A stretch of 64,000 bases of DNA from Psammoneis japonica (Eukaryota): assembly GCA_008632985.1 (NCBI GenBank), contig QPGO01000235.1, positions 1 through 64,000 of the forward strand, written 5' to 3'. Every line of letters starts with the position of its first letter. The first letter of the stretch is position 1. The position numbers and the translations under genes were made by a program. Under the pieces are notes generated by a model, which did not search any database, was not told the DNA's origin, and saw nothing but the letters and a program-made list of their open reading frames with translations. Below are positions 47,071-59,451 of this stretch, in pieces.

Positions 47071-47260
47071 GAACATGTTCGTGACGTCAAGGTGACATTC
47101 CACGTAGTGCCGTCCACAGGGATTCCATCTCAAGATTCCCTTTCAGATGGGTTCGCCGGTTCGCCGGCGTTCACTGCAAGCACACACAAGAACAACCACA
47201 ACAACAACAGCACCGTCATCATCAGCCGATTCTGCATTGCATCACAACGACAAGTCCAAA

Positions 47261-50100
47261 ATGCCGAGAGTCCCTGTTGTCAATGCCACAGCCACATTTG
47301 GGATGGCTGCAATGGGGGCTTCCAATCAGCTCACCTCTGACACTTTTGCTCAGCAGTCAAGATTGGTGCGAGACATGCACGATGACATGGGTGACAAAGA
47401 TGACAACACGAAGAAAGCAATGAAGGTGTAAGTTTTAATTAAACCCTTGTCTCACCTGCATTTGATGATCCGTTTTAATTAAAAATGTGCCTGTGACCCT
47501 CACCTCTGTTTTAATTAAATTTTTTTGGCAGACATGAGAACCAGTTCTGTGCAATGTGTGATTGCAAGTGTGCCGCATTGGGAGACACCAGGTGCTTGAT
47601 TGATGAGCAAAAAGCCTTCATTTGCCTGTTCCGTTGTGCCTTTCACCCGCAAAAGAAGAGGGGCAGGGCAAAGAAGGGAGAGACCAGGCCAATCTTTGAT
47701 TCTGAGCTCTTTGAAACGGCGACAGCTGGCAATCCCTTGACTGCAGCAGACGTTCCAAATGAGACTGAATTGCTTGACCAGACAGAAGCTGGTGTTGGTG
47801 AACCCAACAAGCTCTGCCAGTGGGATGTCATCAACCAGGCTTGTGCATCCCTTCGATGACTGTTTGTTTGTCAGCTTGAAACACATGGCAGAGATCCTGC
47901 TGTGTTGCTTCGTCATGAAAATTCCAGCCGCATCAAATGTCTCAAGCATCTTGTCAAGTCCAGGAAGGCACAAGAGAAATGGAAACGGGTGGATGAGAAG
48001 GTGAGTTTTAATTGAAATGTGTGGTCTCAGTTTCATTCAAAACAGCTGACCTCTGCTGAGTTGTCCACCGTCAGGTTTCTGGTGACGTGTCGCCCCACCT
48101 GGCCCATGAGCGTTTCCCAGAGTTGGAGGAGGCTTGCTGGGAACATTCTTCTGGGACATTGCTCAATGGAACAGTTGCTTTGCACAACCGTTTCTTCATG
48201 CTGTACACCAAGCAAGCCATTTCCCGTGGGGAGTCTCCCCTCAAGGCTGACCTGAGCGATCTTTGCAGTTTCAGTTGTCAGTCAAGGAAGGAGGAACAGG
48301 CCTGCCTGATGCTCATCATGCAGATGTTCACTGGCAAAACCAATGGTGAAAGCACACTGTTTGGCCGTGTCATGCGACACAGAGATGTGAGAATGGACTC
48401 CATTGGTGGATTGGGTCTTTGTCTGCTCGGTGCGACCATCCAACCATGTCTGACTTTATTTGTCATGCCAACCATTTTAATTGAACAATCTGTTGCTTGC
48501 CAACCGTTTTAATCAAACAATCTGTTGCTTCAATCATTTTGAATGCAGGACGCTTCGAGATCAGCAGAGAATGGGAGAAGATTGACCTCAAGAGGAAGGA
48601 AACATGGTGGAATGTCAAGCTCCTTGTGGACGTGAAGAAGGCTGGCACATCCTCTGGAGACAGTGCTGAGTCACCCAACATGCAGCGCATGTCTCCTTCA
48701 TCTTACACTGCTTGGTTTGATCGTTTGAAGGAACGGCTTGACCTGTTCATCAACTGCAGTTTGCACTTTGGATGCATTGGAGGTGCAATCGAGTTAGAAT
48801 TAGAGGAGCTGGAGTCTTGTCTCATCAAAGCTCTTGGAAATTGGGGCCCAAGTGTGTTTGATGCTCGCCACTCTACAAAGCTGCCCTTGAAGGTGAGTTG
48901 ATGCACTTGTGGTGTGGCGGGTTCTGATTTTAATTAAAGCTGACATTTTGTTTCAATTAAATGATGTGAGGCAATGAGGGTTGCAGCTGGCTTTGCAAAG
49001 GAGCCTGGGACCTGCTTTGTTGGACGTGCCCTCTGCCAGCCCCCAGATGAACTGCAGAAGCAGATCTTTCCTTGGCTTGAAGGCATGGCAGAAGGAGTGT
49101 CCTGCAGGGAGCACCCCACATCACATGCCTTTGTGGAACTCTTGAGACAGTTGCGTGTTGTCATCCTCCAAGATGTGGCGGCTTTGATGCTGCTGGGCCG
49201 CACCCACGCCCTGTTCAAGCTTCCTGTTTTCACGTCAGCTAGATTTTTGTCATTCAAGGAAGAAATGAAGGTTTGCTTGGATGGCCCCCCCCCCCTTGCC
49301 CAGATGCTGGAGAAATCCGTGGGGTGTCTGAGCAGATTCAAAACTTGCACCAGGACAACCGACGCAGCCACCAGGAGCTGTTGTCTGCTGTCAATGGGTC
49401 TGTTGACTGCAACAGAAACATGATGAACAATTTTGCCTTTGCCATCAGAAACTCCCTGCGTGCAGCTGGAAATGCATTCAACAACTTGAGCCTGGAGCGG
49501 TCTCCTCCACCGACTGGTCAGCCAACACGCCAGCCAGCAATTGGTGAGTGCTGCATGTCATCTTGCTGTTTTAATTGGGGGTGTTTTAATTGAACATTTT
49601 TCCAACCAAATTGTGCATTTAATTGAAACCATTTGCAAGCCACCGGCACGGTGCCGGCAGCAGAGACACAGTCTCCCAGCACACAGTCTCCCAGTCTCAG
49701 TCCCGGCGTGAGCAGCTTTCGACCCCCCAAGTCAAAGCACACAGATCTTGCCAAGATCTGTGACTGCTTTGAGGGAAATGCTCCTCCTTTCACTGCCGGC
49801 AATGGAGTCAGGCATTTGGAGGCCAAAGGGACATTGTGGCGTTCGGCGTGGGAACCCAAAGACAAAAAGACACTCCGTCGCTGGAAGCAGCCAAAAAAAA
49901 TTGTGGACGAAGTGCTTGGCAAGAACTCCACACACCCCAAAGTTCTTGTCATTGCCAAGTTGAATTCATTTTGTGTTGCAGATTGCAACAATGCATTGAC
50001 AACTGCATTGAAGAAGTTCCCTGAACAGCATTGGCACTTTGCCCTTCCAGCTGGCAGCAATGAAAATCAAGGGGAAGTTGCCAATGTGCAGCTGCAACAA
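47261..50100 (+). mobile_element. Crypton (tyrosine recombinase, NDC10-II-like) gene with about 5 introns, hypermutated
   Basis: GKTNGE..RHRDV, WWNVKLL, HFG(C)IGGA, LGNW, DAR(H)STKLP, MRVAAGF, PPDELQKQIFPWLE and LRVVILQD match Crypton/NDC10 domain II motifs. Confidence 0.85.
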
Positions 50101-50330
50101 AGCAAGTGCACCGGACTGGTCCGGACTGTGTGGTGGGGGGTGACAAAATGGCTGACAAACAATGTAAAAACAAACCATTGGTTCGGCAGTTCAGTGCGGC
50201 TGACTCGGAAAGTGGGGCATTTTTGCTTGAGCAATTGCATGACGCAATGGTGAAGATGACGTCACATGAGAAAAAAATGATGTCCTGGCGACGTCATCTT
50301 CAATGTCTCATCTACAAGTGATGTCAAGTG

Positions 50331-50420
50331 TGTCACATCGCATGACATCACATCACATGACATGATGTGACACAACATCATTCAATGCAACATGATGTGA
50401 CATGACATGAGATGACACAG
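50331..50420. repeat. Decayed pentamer microsatellite, inferred ancestor (TATAA/TATTA)n
   Basis: In-register pentamers catga, tgtga, cacaa, tgcaa, catca and tgtca. Confidence 0.8.
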
Positions 50421-51519
50421 CAGATGACGACATTGCAAACACACCTTTCTTCTTGTGCCTTTTGGCTTTTCCTTTCACTTGGACATTGAGAGCCTCGGGC
50501 AAAACTCGCCAGACATGACAAACAAGGTCGCAATGAAGTTGTTCCCAACTGTTGAAGAGCGCTCCATGCTGTGAAGGAAAAGGTCACAGGAAAGAAGAAG
50601 CATCACGCACACCATGAAAAAGAAAGGATCTGGGATGGCTTTGGAGCTTTGCCGTGTGCGTGACGTTGCACATGTTGAGATGGACAGGACAGCCGTGCGT
50701 GACGTTGCATTTGTTGAGACAGGACAAACCGAGCTTTGGTTCAGCACTGGTTCAGCAAAAATCAATTGCCCTTTGGATGCTGGTTCAGCAAAAAATGTCT
50801 TGGTTCAGCACTTTGTCACTTGTGGTTTTTGAATTGTTGCAATTTTATTCTTTTGTTGTTGAGAGACGCTGTGCTGGACGTAAAACCGCTTGGACTGCCA
50901 CGACTGTATCTCCAGCACAAATTGTACGTGGGTAACAAACGGCATGTCGGTAGAAGTAGAAAGCTGAGAATCTGCTCTTTCAAACGGTGCATCTACTGTT
51001 GTCTCTGGTAGATGTTTAGAGTGAACTAGAACCTTTCAAAGTTGAAGTGATGCACATTTTGCGTAGGTGTTCATATGAAATGACGTGTAAATATATTTAT
51101 ATATGATGTTGAAGATTCAATAAACGGGTTGCATTTCGTGCGTTCAGAGACATGCCAGTAGACTACAGTATAGTTCCTACGGGCGAAAGAGACGAACAAG
51201 AAAATGCTTATTCGAAATCAAATACCTGGATTTTTCCGTCGATAGTTGCACCTATTTGTACTAAAAACAATAAGGAAATGAACTATCGGCGGACCCTTTC
51301 CAAAAAATCGGCAGAATGGGTCAATTTTGAGTTTTCAAAAATCCTGTGTGTCAAAAAATCGACTTTCTGATCGTTTTTCGCAAAGGGTCCGCCGACAGAT
51401 CGAAAGAAAATGATCGATTTTGTTGGTAAAGTGTGCTCAAATTTCTAATTTGACCAATTTTGGGTTTCGAACAAGTGGTGGCAGGTGAAACAGTTTTACG
51501 CGCAGCCCAGCGTACACCA

Positions 51520-54232
51520 TGACTGCCGGGGGTTGCAGGAAAAAACGAAATTTTCATTTTTCCTTGTTTTTGCTAAGTTTTTCCCCTCATTTTCGAACAC
51601 CGCGGTCTTTCGAAGCTTCAGCTGCAATGGGAATCATTCGAAAATGTCGCGTGAGTCACAGTTGGTGTTTTGCACAAGGAAAAACACAAAATCGTGTGGA
51701 AATGTGCACAACGTCATACGAGAGAGTGATTGGAGCTAACAACTTTTCGGGAACTAAATTGAAATGCCATCTGATCGACGTCAGATGGCATTTCAATTGA
51801 TTTCCCGAGAAGTTGACATTCACATGCGGGCTGATGGACAGGGAAGCCCGGGAAAGTGCGAAGCAACCAAAGCGCACAACAGCACAAATGAGTGGACATG
51901 TTTTGTTGGTCATTTTGCTTCAAAAGGAGCTCGGAAAAAGTTTGTCATGTCGTCAAATGACAGAACTGTCCTGAATCCTTCGAAATTTTTAATTGAGGAT
52001 CATTTTGCAAGAGACTTCGAAGTTGCTTCGAAGTCACTTCGAAGAAACTTCGAAGAAACTTCGAAGTGTCTTTTGATGATTTCTGTGCAAAACACAATGT
52101 GGTCATGAACAAATCTGTGGATGCTTCGAAGTTTCTTCGAAGTGTCTTGTGATGACTTCTGTGCAAAATGTGTTGTGGTCGTTGACACATTTGCAGATGC
52201 TTCGAAGAAACTTCGAAGTTTCTTCGAAGGCGAACTGTGACGTAGACATTGGAAAACATCTGTCCCTGAAAGCCTTCATTTCCAACTGTCACAAACGGAT
52301 TTTCGCTGCGTTTCGAAAATGAGCACGGCTCAGCACTGAGCCGAGTCAGCACCCACAAGTGTTGCTTTGAAAGTCGCTGTTGCAATGCCAGCCAAAGGCA
52401 AAGGACTTGAGAAAGGGTCCGATCACTGCAACCTCGTCCAGGAGCAGCACATCGGCGAAGTCGCCATGTGACATTCGATCCCACACCACCGCTCAAGCAT
52501 CGGGAGGTGCAGCATGGTTGGGATCGTGGCACAAGAAATGGCCGGTGGTGGGCCGGGCGGTGGGCGCGGTGATTGAGCGATGTGATGACGTGCGCATGAC
52601 GTTGCGTCATTTGTTGACCATGCTTCAAAGTGACCTTCGAAGAAACTTCGAAGAAACTTCGAAGCATCTTCAATGTTTGATCAAATGACGTCATCTTTGT
52701 TTGACACAAATTCTTCGAAGTGTCTTTGAAGCTTCCACGACTGAATGGAAGTGTTGCGAGCTCCCAAATGAAGTAAATCGTGTTGCGTCACAATGGGAAT
52801 GTGGAATCTTTCTGCATCTTTGCAGTTTCCCGGGATTCCCAGACTGACAACAATTGTTTTTGGTGCTCTTCTACACAATTTCTACGTGATGGCTCTCAGG
52901 ACCGAATGATTCCTGTTGCTCTCGATTTCGCAGAAGTTCTAATTTTTTATTTTTCATTTGAGAAAATGCAACAAATGTCATTGTGAATGGAAAATGGACG
53001 TTTTTCACTAAAGTCCATCATCGCGGTTCTCGCACGGTGCTTTCGCACGATTCTTCGCGCAGCAACGGGTGGCTTCGACCGGGTTCGCTTTGGAAGGCTG
53101 ATGATGAGTTGATGAGAACTCCAATTTGAATCATTGGCAACCCTCTCACCCCTCTGCTTCTTGCGGGATGGTCTGTTTCAAATTCAAATGCCGTCAAATG
53201 ACTCCAACTGCCAAAACCAACAAAGGCCTCTTGGCTGGGGGGGACTGTTTCGACGCAGTGGATTTCAAGATTCCCTTGCAGATCGCACTAAAAACGTTCC
53301 AAGATCATTCCAAAAGCGTTCCGAGAACGTTCTCAAATGCACCAATTCGCGCTGAGAGCCAACTTTGGAGCCTGACAATCAGCCATTGGGACAGATGATG
53401 CACCATCATGACCGCGCCATTGTTCAAACTGTCCCAGCATGACACAGCAATGTAAAATTTAAATGGATTTGATTGGCACATTGCTGAGAGGCACACCTGT
53501 CAAAACCGGTTTTTATTTTCTCCCAAAAAAAGTGCGGTTCTTAGAAGCCTCAACACTTTTCAATTGCAGCAGCTGCAGTTAAACTGTCACAATGTGTTGC
53601 AACTGCTGGGCTGGCTTTACACTGAACATGCTCTACAACAATCACCAACAGCTCCAACATTGAAAAACCATTCGACGAAATGGGCATTTTGTCATTCCCG
53701 CATTTTGACCGTTCTCGGAACGTTCCAAAAGTGTTCCCGAATCGCACCCAAACCGCACCCGAAGGGAATCTTTGAAAAGGCCCATCCACGAAAAACAATT
53801 TTTGACTTCACTCTGAACAGATGAGAACCCCAACAGGTCCGCAGAAACTGAATCCACCTGCTGCGACAAACACTTACTTCTGCCCACCGCCCGCGGTCGC
53901 TGTGGCACGCAGCCAGCATCACTTGGTGAGAATGCAAAGCATCAAGCACACGATGACCACAGAAGCATGCACTCACCATGTCAATGCACCCATCCAAAGC
54001 CACAGTACGTTAAGCCCAGACAGTCATCCAGTGGCTAACATAGCAGGGTCGGAACGGATTTCGGAACAGCAGTGCTGTCGGTTCATTCGCATTCGCATCG
54101 TGCTTCGCTCCGCAAGACGAAGAACAAATAATGGCGCACCTGCCGCGTGACCGCGTGGTGTTCGAAAAAGCGGGAAAAAGCAAGGAAAAATGAAAATTTC
54201 GATTTTTCTTGCATCTCCCCGAGGAACTGCTG
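51520..54232. mobile_element. Non-autonomous element with imperfect ~85-bp terminal inverted repeats and internal CTTCGAAGAAA arrays
   Basis: 51527-51607 (CGAAATTTTCATTTTTCCTTG..TTTTCGAACACCGCGGTC) is inverted at 54149-54225. The interior is TpA-poor but retains CpG. Confidence 0.7.
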
Positions 54233-54382
54233 GATACCATAGGGCCCTAGCCTTCATACTGTAGCTCGTCGCGTGATGATTCCATGCGATTGAATTCCAT
54301 CCGCGAGCATGTATCCGCGAAGACCCCCACAAATGTTCTTTCGAATGCTTGGAGCCACGGCAAAGAAGGAGGCAAACCAAGG

Positions 54383-57300
54383 ATGAGCAGCGCAGCATCA
54401 GTAGACGATGACGAAGAGAGGCAGGGAAAAGCCTTGCGGAAAATCCTCAAGAGCGATGATGTGACGGTAGAAAAAGTGGAGGCATTTCTCCAAAGGAACC
54501 CCGGCGCCCTGGAATCTGTGGAGGGCCGTTTTGCGGCAGTAAACTTTCTTGGGGAGGATCCGATTTCTGTGGTTAAATTACTTTTCGAAAAGCAGCCCAA
54601 TCTGCTCGACATGACATGCATGGGCATGCCGGTGGCGCACAGCGCCGCCGAAGGGTCCCTGGATTGTGCCAAACTCTTTGCCAAATTGCGACCTGGTCTC
54701 CTCCATGAGAAGAGCAATGTGTTGGATATGACACCGATGCATCTCAGCCTTTGCTCGTACTATTCACCACTGGAGAAGTTGCAGTGGATTTATCAAGAGG
54801 ACCCTCGTACACTGGACGCGAAGGGCTTTTTTGATGACAATACCGCCATGCACATTGCCGCATTTTTCTCAGCGAAAGAATGTGTTGAATGGATATACGG
54901 AATCAAGCCTTCCATGATGGACGAAAAGAATAGTCGGGGGGCCTCAGTCTTGCACTACGCTGCAGCCGGTGGGAACTTGGAGCTGGTCCAGTGGATTCAA
55001 GAAAAGAGACCTCAACTTTTGGACAGCGTGACCGACTCAGGTGCGCCCGTTCTCTTTTTTGCCCTAGCACAAGGCGAAATGGATGTGGTGGAATGGATTC
55101 ATGGAGAAAGGCCCGATCAGATCAAGATCTTCATGTCCAACGGTGCAACAGCCATGCATGCGGTTGCGATGTGTGCTTTCACTTCGAACATGGATTGGGT
55201 CCATGAGAGGGAAGCCGACTTATTGGTTTCTCAAACCCATCGTGGTGAAACGGTCTTGCACTATGCCCTCGCATACGGAAGCCTAGGGGTCCTGGAATGG
55301 ATTCACGAAAGAAGGACAGATATTTTGGATCAAAAAGCGGGTCAAGAAAGTTTGCTGAGCTTTGCCGTCAGTGGCGTGGACAGTGATACCATGGAATGGT
55401 TGCTGGAAAGAAAGCCAAACTTGGTTGATAATCAAGGGAGCGACATACTGTGGACCACCGCATTAGGATTGGGGGCGTACAGCCATTTTCCTTTGATGCA
55501 CAAGAAGTGGCCAAACTTGCTTGATGCGGAAACACCTGAACGTGTCTTGAACGCAGCGACGCGGTGGCAAACGCGGACAGAAATTCACGAGGAACGGCTG
55601 TTTCCCATTTCTAGAGGAGCTTTCTACGAGCACAATGTACTGTTCATTGCCCTTCTTTGGGGTCGATTAGAGCTAGCAATGTGGGTCCACGAAAGATTTC
55701 CTAGATTGCTTACGGATTGTACCATCTACGAAAAGGCAAATCTGCTCCACTATGCTCGAAATCTGGACCTTCTTGATCGCGTCGCCGATGTGACAGTTGC
55801 TTCGTCGGACTCGGACACCTCAAGGAATGCATACGCTTCAGAAGTTGACTCGTTTGAGGCATCAGCAATGTTTATTACCCTTCTCTGGGGCCGTACGGAC
55901 TTGTCAAAGCGGATTGAACGTTGGAAACCCGACACTCTCGATGCCGTCGCTTCGAACGGAGGGAATTCTCTCTTCTTTAGTTTGGCAGGCGGGCACTTGA
56001 AAGCGGTCAAGTGGGTGGACCAAAAACGCCCGAGTATGATGGGCTCCTCTGCTAACTATGGGTTGGCAATCGCTCATTACATTTCGAGTGGAAGTCAAAA
56101 TGGCGACCCTGCCGTTCTCGAGTGGCTGCACAAAAGACGACCAGAGTTAGTGAACATAAAGAACGACAATGGCGAGAATCTTTTGCGGATATCCATTGCT
56201 CACGGAAGACTTAAAATTGCAAGCTGGCTTGTTGAAAACGTTCCGAGTCTTGCAAGCGAAGACGTTCCGAAGAGCGGTGACACTGTCCTTCACCTCCTGG
56301 CTGCGCAAGACGAGTCGATACAAACTATGAAGCTGGCGGTCACAATTCTGTCGAGAAACGCTGCGTTCCTCACTTCCCAGAACGCGGGACAGTTGACGCC
56401 GCTTGATATTGCTCGAACGACCGGAAACGTTGAGCTCGAAGACTTCCTTCAGAAGTCTTCCAGCTCATGTCGACAATTGGAGACGATGATAGCTAGAGGC
56501 GACAAAATTGCTGACGTGCGGAAGTTTTTGCGAGTGCATTGTTTTGCCATCGACTTTCGGACCGAGGCAGGTCAGTCAGCGCTCCATGTTTGTGCAAAGC
56601 ACAGTCGCTTAGAGATTGCAAGCTTTCTTCGTCTACTGCAACCCGATCTCATTTCTTCAGTGGATCAACGCGGTGCGACGCCGCTTCATATCGCCGTTGA
56701 AGAGAGACATGTAGCGTTTATAGAATGGCTCTCACGAGAAAGAAAGTCGCTGTTGGAAGTGCATAGCAAAAGCGGCTACACTCCCTTTCTACTTGCCTGC
56801 CAGAAGGGATATAGAAAAGTTGCGTCTATTCTCTCCGATTGCTCTCCAGCAGCTTTGTGCGACACAACAGAAACGGAGTGTTGGACAGGACTTCATGTAG
56901 CTGCAAACAATGGGCACGCAGACGTCATCGACTGGCTGTTGTCGACAGCCACCACCATTGTTGGAAACAAGGATACTATGGGTTTTACGGCTGTCCACCT
57001 AGCGGCGACCCAGGGCAAAGTCGATATCGTCAGACGATTGCATTTCTACGATCAGGCCATAACTGGAGTCCAAACTGCGGACGGCCATACTGTTTTGCAT
57101 TTAGCAGCCAAGGGAAAACACTTGCATCTGGTCAACTGGATTGTCGACGCCAAGCCAGACTTGCTGGCCGCGCCCTTGCCGCATACGAACGAATCGGTTC
57201 TTCATTTGCTATGCAACATATCTCAAGAGTATGAAAACATCGAGTTGGTCAGTAAGTGTATCAAACTCCACCCTCCTTTGTTCTCTTTGTTGGACAATAG

Positions 57301-58303
57301 CAACCGCACTCCACATGACGTGGCACGTGCCCATGGTTTTGAGACTTTGGCTAAATTCATGATGAAAGCTTACACCGAAGCATCTAGTGCCGGGGGAGGT
57401 TCTCCGGTTCATCAAGGAATAGACTCCTTCCACCATTCGATCTCAGCACACATGGAAGCGACAAATGCGGCCTTGATTGACATCCAAAGGGAATCAAGAG
57501 AACAATCCAAAGCCTTGGACGTTTTTTTCGTGGCGCTTTCTTCGAAGCGCGATAGTTTTCGCTTGTGCAACGAGCTCCTCATCGCTTTGCGCGACAAGCT
57601 CGATGGACTGGATCTCTCGGTTACGTCCTTGGCCGAGAACATGGGTGAGGCGCCCCAACAAATCAGTAGCCTCTTGACTCTTGTGAGCCAATTGGAGAAT
57701 GGTTCACATACTCTGGCCCGACTCGACTTGAAGTTCATAAATCCCGTTCCACGCCTCTTTGTTCTGCTACCCGCTAAACGCAAAAAGCGGAACCCGCGAG
57801 CCCAAGTGAGACGCTGGTTTCAAGAAAAAATGTACTTATTTTTTGTCTGCCCCGAGAGTCGCCGTGCTGCTCCCGTGCCCTTTGCTGTTTTTGACAACAA
57901 GGATTGGTTCCAAAGGGCCCTCCCGGCCATTGTGATTAGTCTCGTACTTTTGTCCGCTGCTAGCCGTACCGTGGCAGGCATTTCCATTCCCGGTGGCACT
58001 GAACTGTTGGAACTGAGTACTGAACAATTGACAGATATGCTCCAAGAAGCCAAGAAGATTCTTCGAGAAGCGGACGTGGAATCTAAGCTGCTAAATCAAA
58101 TTGAGAATGGCGCCGCTTTGACAGAAGATCAAGCCAGGCAAATGGACCCCGAATCGTATCAAAGAATTGCCGACATGGTGTTGTCTGACAAGTCAAAGTG
58201 GCAAAAATTAAATTCCGAAATGGTAGCTGTGGTTGGACCGAAAGGTGTTCGTTGGGTACTGAGAGGCATTGCCAAGGAGAAAGGCTACGAGATTTTGACC
58301 TAG
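54383..58303 (+). CDS. Large ankyrin-repeat protein with coiled-coil and C-terminal helical domain
   Basis: Intact ORF (1339 aa from 54284; MSSAAS at 54383 is the likelier start). Many ankyrin repeats such as GASVLHYAAAGGN, GATPLHIAV, GYTPFLLAC and GHTVLHLAA. Confidence 0.9.
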   Translation: MSSAASVDDDEERQGKALRKILKSDDVTVEKVEAFLQRNPGALESVEGRFAAVNFLGEDPISVVKLLFEKQPNLLDMTCMGMPVAHSAAEGSLDCAKLFAKLRPGLLHEKSNVLDMTPMHLSLCSYYSPLEKLQWIYQEDPRTLDAKGFFDDNTAMHIAAFFSAKECVEWIYGIKPSMMDEKNSRGASVLHYAAAGGNLELVQWIQEKRPQLLDSVTDSGAPVLFFALAQGEMDVVEWIHGERPDQIKIFMSNGATAMHAVAMCAFTSNMDWVHEREADLLVSQTHRGETVLHYALAYGSLGVLEWIHERRTDILDQKAGQESLLSFAVSGVDSDTMEWLLERKPNLVDNQGSDILWTTALGLGAYSHFPLMHKKWPNLLDAETPERVLNAATRWQTRTEIHEERLFPISRGAFYEHNVLFIALLWGRLELAMWVHERFPRLLTDCTIYEKANLLHYARNLDLLDRVADVTVASSDSDTSRNAYASEVDSFEASAMFITLLWGRTDLSKRIERWKPDTLDAVASNGGNSLFFSLAGGHLKAVKWVDQKRPSMMGSSANYGLAIAHYISSGSQNGDPAVLEWLHKRRPELVNIKNDNGENLLRISIAHGRLKIASWLVENVPSLASEDVPKSGDTVLHLLAAQDESIQTMKLAVTILSRNAAFLTSQNAGQLTPLDIARTTGNVELEDFLQKSSSSCRQLETMIARGDKIADVRKFLRVHCFAIDFRTEAGQSALHVCAKHSRLEIASFLRLLQPDLISSVDQRGATPLHIAVEERHVAFIEWLSRERKSLLEVHSKSGYTPFLLACQKGYRKVASILSDCSPAALCDTTETECWTGLHVAANNGHADVIDWLLSTATTIVGNKDTMGFTAVHLAATQGKVDIVRRLHFYDQAITGVQTADGHTVLHLAAKGKHLHLVNWIVDAKPDLLAAPLPHTNESVLHLLCNISQEYENIELVSKCIKLHPPLFSLLDNSNRTPHDVARAHGFETLAKFMMKAYTEASSAGGGSPVHQGIDSFHHSISAHMEATNAALIDIQRESREQSKALDVFFVALSSKRDSFRLCNELLIALRDKLDGLDLSVTSLAENMGEAPQQISSLLTLVSQLENGSHTLARLDLKFINPVPRLFVLLPAKRKKRNPRAQVRRWFQEKMYLFFVCPESRRAAPVPFAVFDNKDWFQRALPAIVISLVLLSAASRTVAGISIPGGTELLELSTEQLTDMLQEAKKILREADVESKLLNQIENGAALTEDQARQMDPESYQRIADMVLSDKSKWQKLNSEMVAVVGPKGVRWVLRGIAKEKGYEILT

Positions 58304-59451
58304 TGCGCAACGCCTGTTCGAAGTGAAGACATCATTTCGGGAATGTGCGCTTCTCTATGTTTCATTATTTTAATGCATGTTTACCAACGCGAGTGACATA
58401 CGATTATGCTGTCCCAAGCGGGTCTCGCTGGTGCTCCCCTCCAAGTACATGCATTCGAAGCCCCTGGTAACGAGTATGATTATTGCCTGCTTCACATAAA
58501 TCGATTTTTTCTGCATTTTCCGAGAGTAGCGAGTGGGCTTCTACTAGTGGAATAAGCCATCTGTCCTTCTTGGCCAATCAGCTCTGGCTGCCCAAATCCA
58601 GGTGTCAGCACGCCAATGTTGACCTGCACTGGCAAGCTCACAGACTTGATCTAGGCTACAAGTTGCCAAGCAATGAGATGGGATATCATGCTGTTCAGAC
58701 ATGGCTCCGAATGTGACCATGAGTTTGTCACCAAAATTCGCCTTGTCAGGCGTTTGGTCATTGGTCGCCAGAGGGTCTTGTAAGACGAGAATTTTAGTTT
58801 CTATAGGACACTAAAAGTCCCCGTTACTTTCACTGTTCTGGAGACTGATAGTCTGGTGCTTGCTGCGCCAATGACTGAGATTCCATCGATCTTTCACAAT
58901 GGCGGAATCTCATCGCCTCCGGAGGAATTTTGCATTAAACCTGCAACCGCTCTATTCAGCACAGAATAATCAAAGACAAGCTCACCGACAATGTGGTGAC
59001 TGGATTCATTTGGAGTGTCACGCAAGATTACTTCAATGACTCTGAACTCGAATCCGTGGGGATCGATGTGCTGTTCCATTAGTGATAAGTTGTCTCATTG
59101 TGAGATGCTCATGCCCGGAAGGATAGAAAGTGCCGTATCGCTTTCTGTCGGCATTTCCATCTTCACAAGCTCACGTCACCGTCCTTCAATCCAAGTCCAA
59201 CGCCTATGGAGGAATGGGCGACGAGTCGCTGGCATGACAATCCCCACGACCGCGAGATTCAAGGTCGCCATATCATTTGAAACCTTCCTCTGTTCCTTCT
59301 TTTGCTGTTTCCGTTCCGCTCTAGATTGTATGGTATACGGCTATATCAGAAAAAAGACACAAGAAAATCATTTTGCCAGAAGGAGGTACTGTATTGGAAC
59401 CATCCTAATTCTTTACCAGCGTGAAGCATGCAGAGGCTGAACTCCATATAA

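Noticed and set aside
51164..54263. Tc1/mariner element bounded by TA|CAGTAT ... ATACTG|TA
   Set aside because: The inverted match is only about 9 bp. The better-supported TIR pair starts near 51520.
58483..59440. Short ORFs between the ankyrin gene and COG2
   Set aside because: Short, interrupted by stops, with no recognisable homology.
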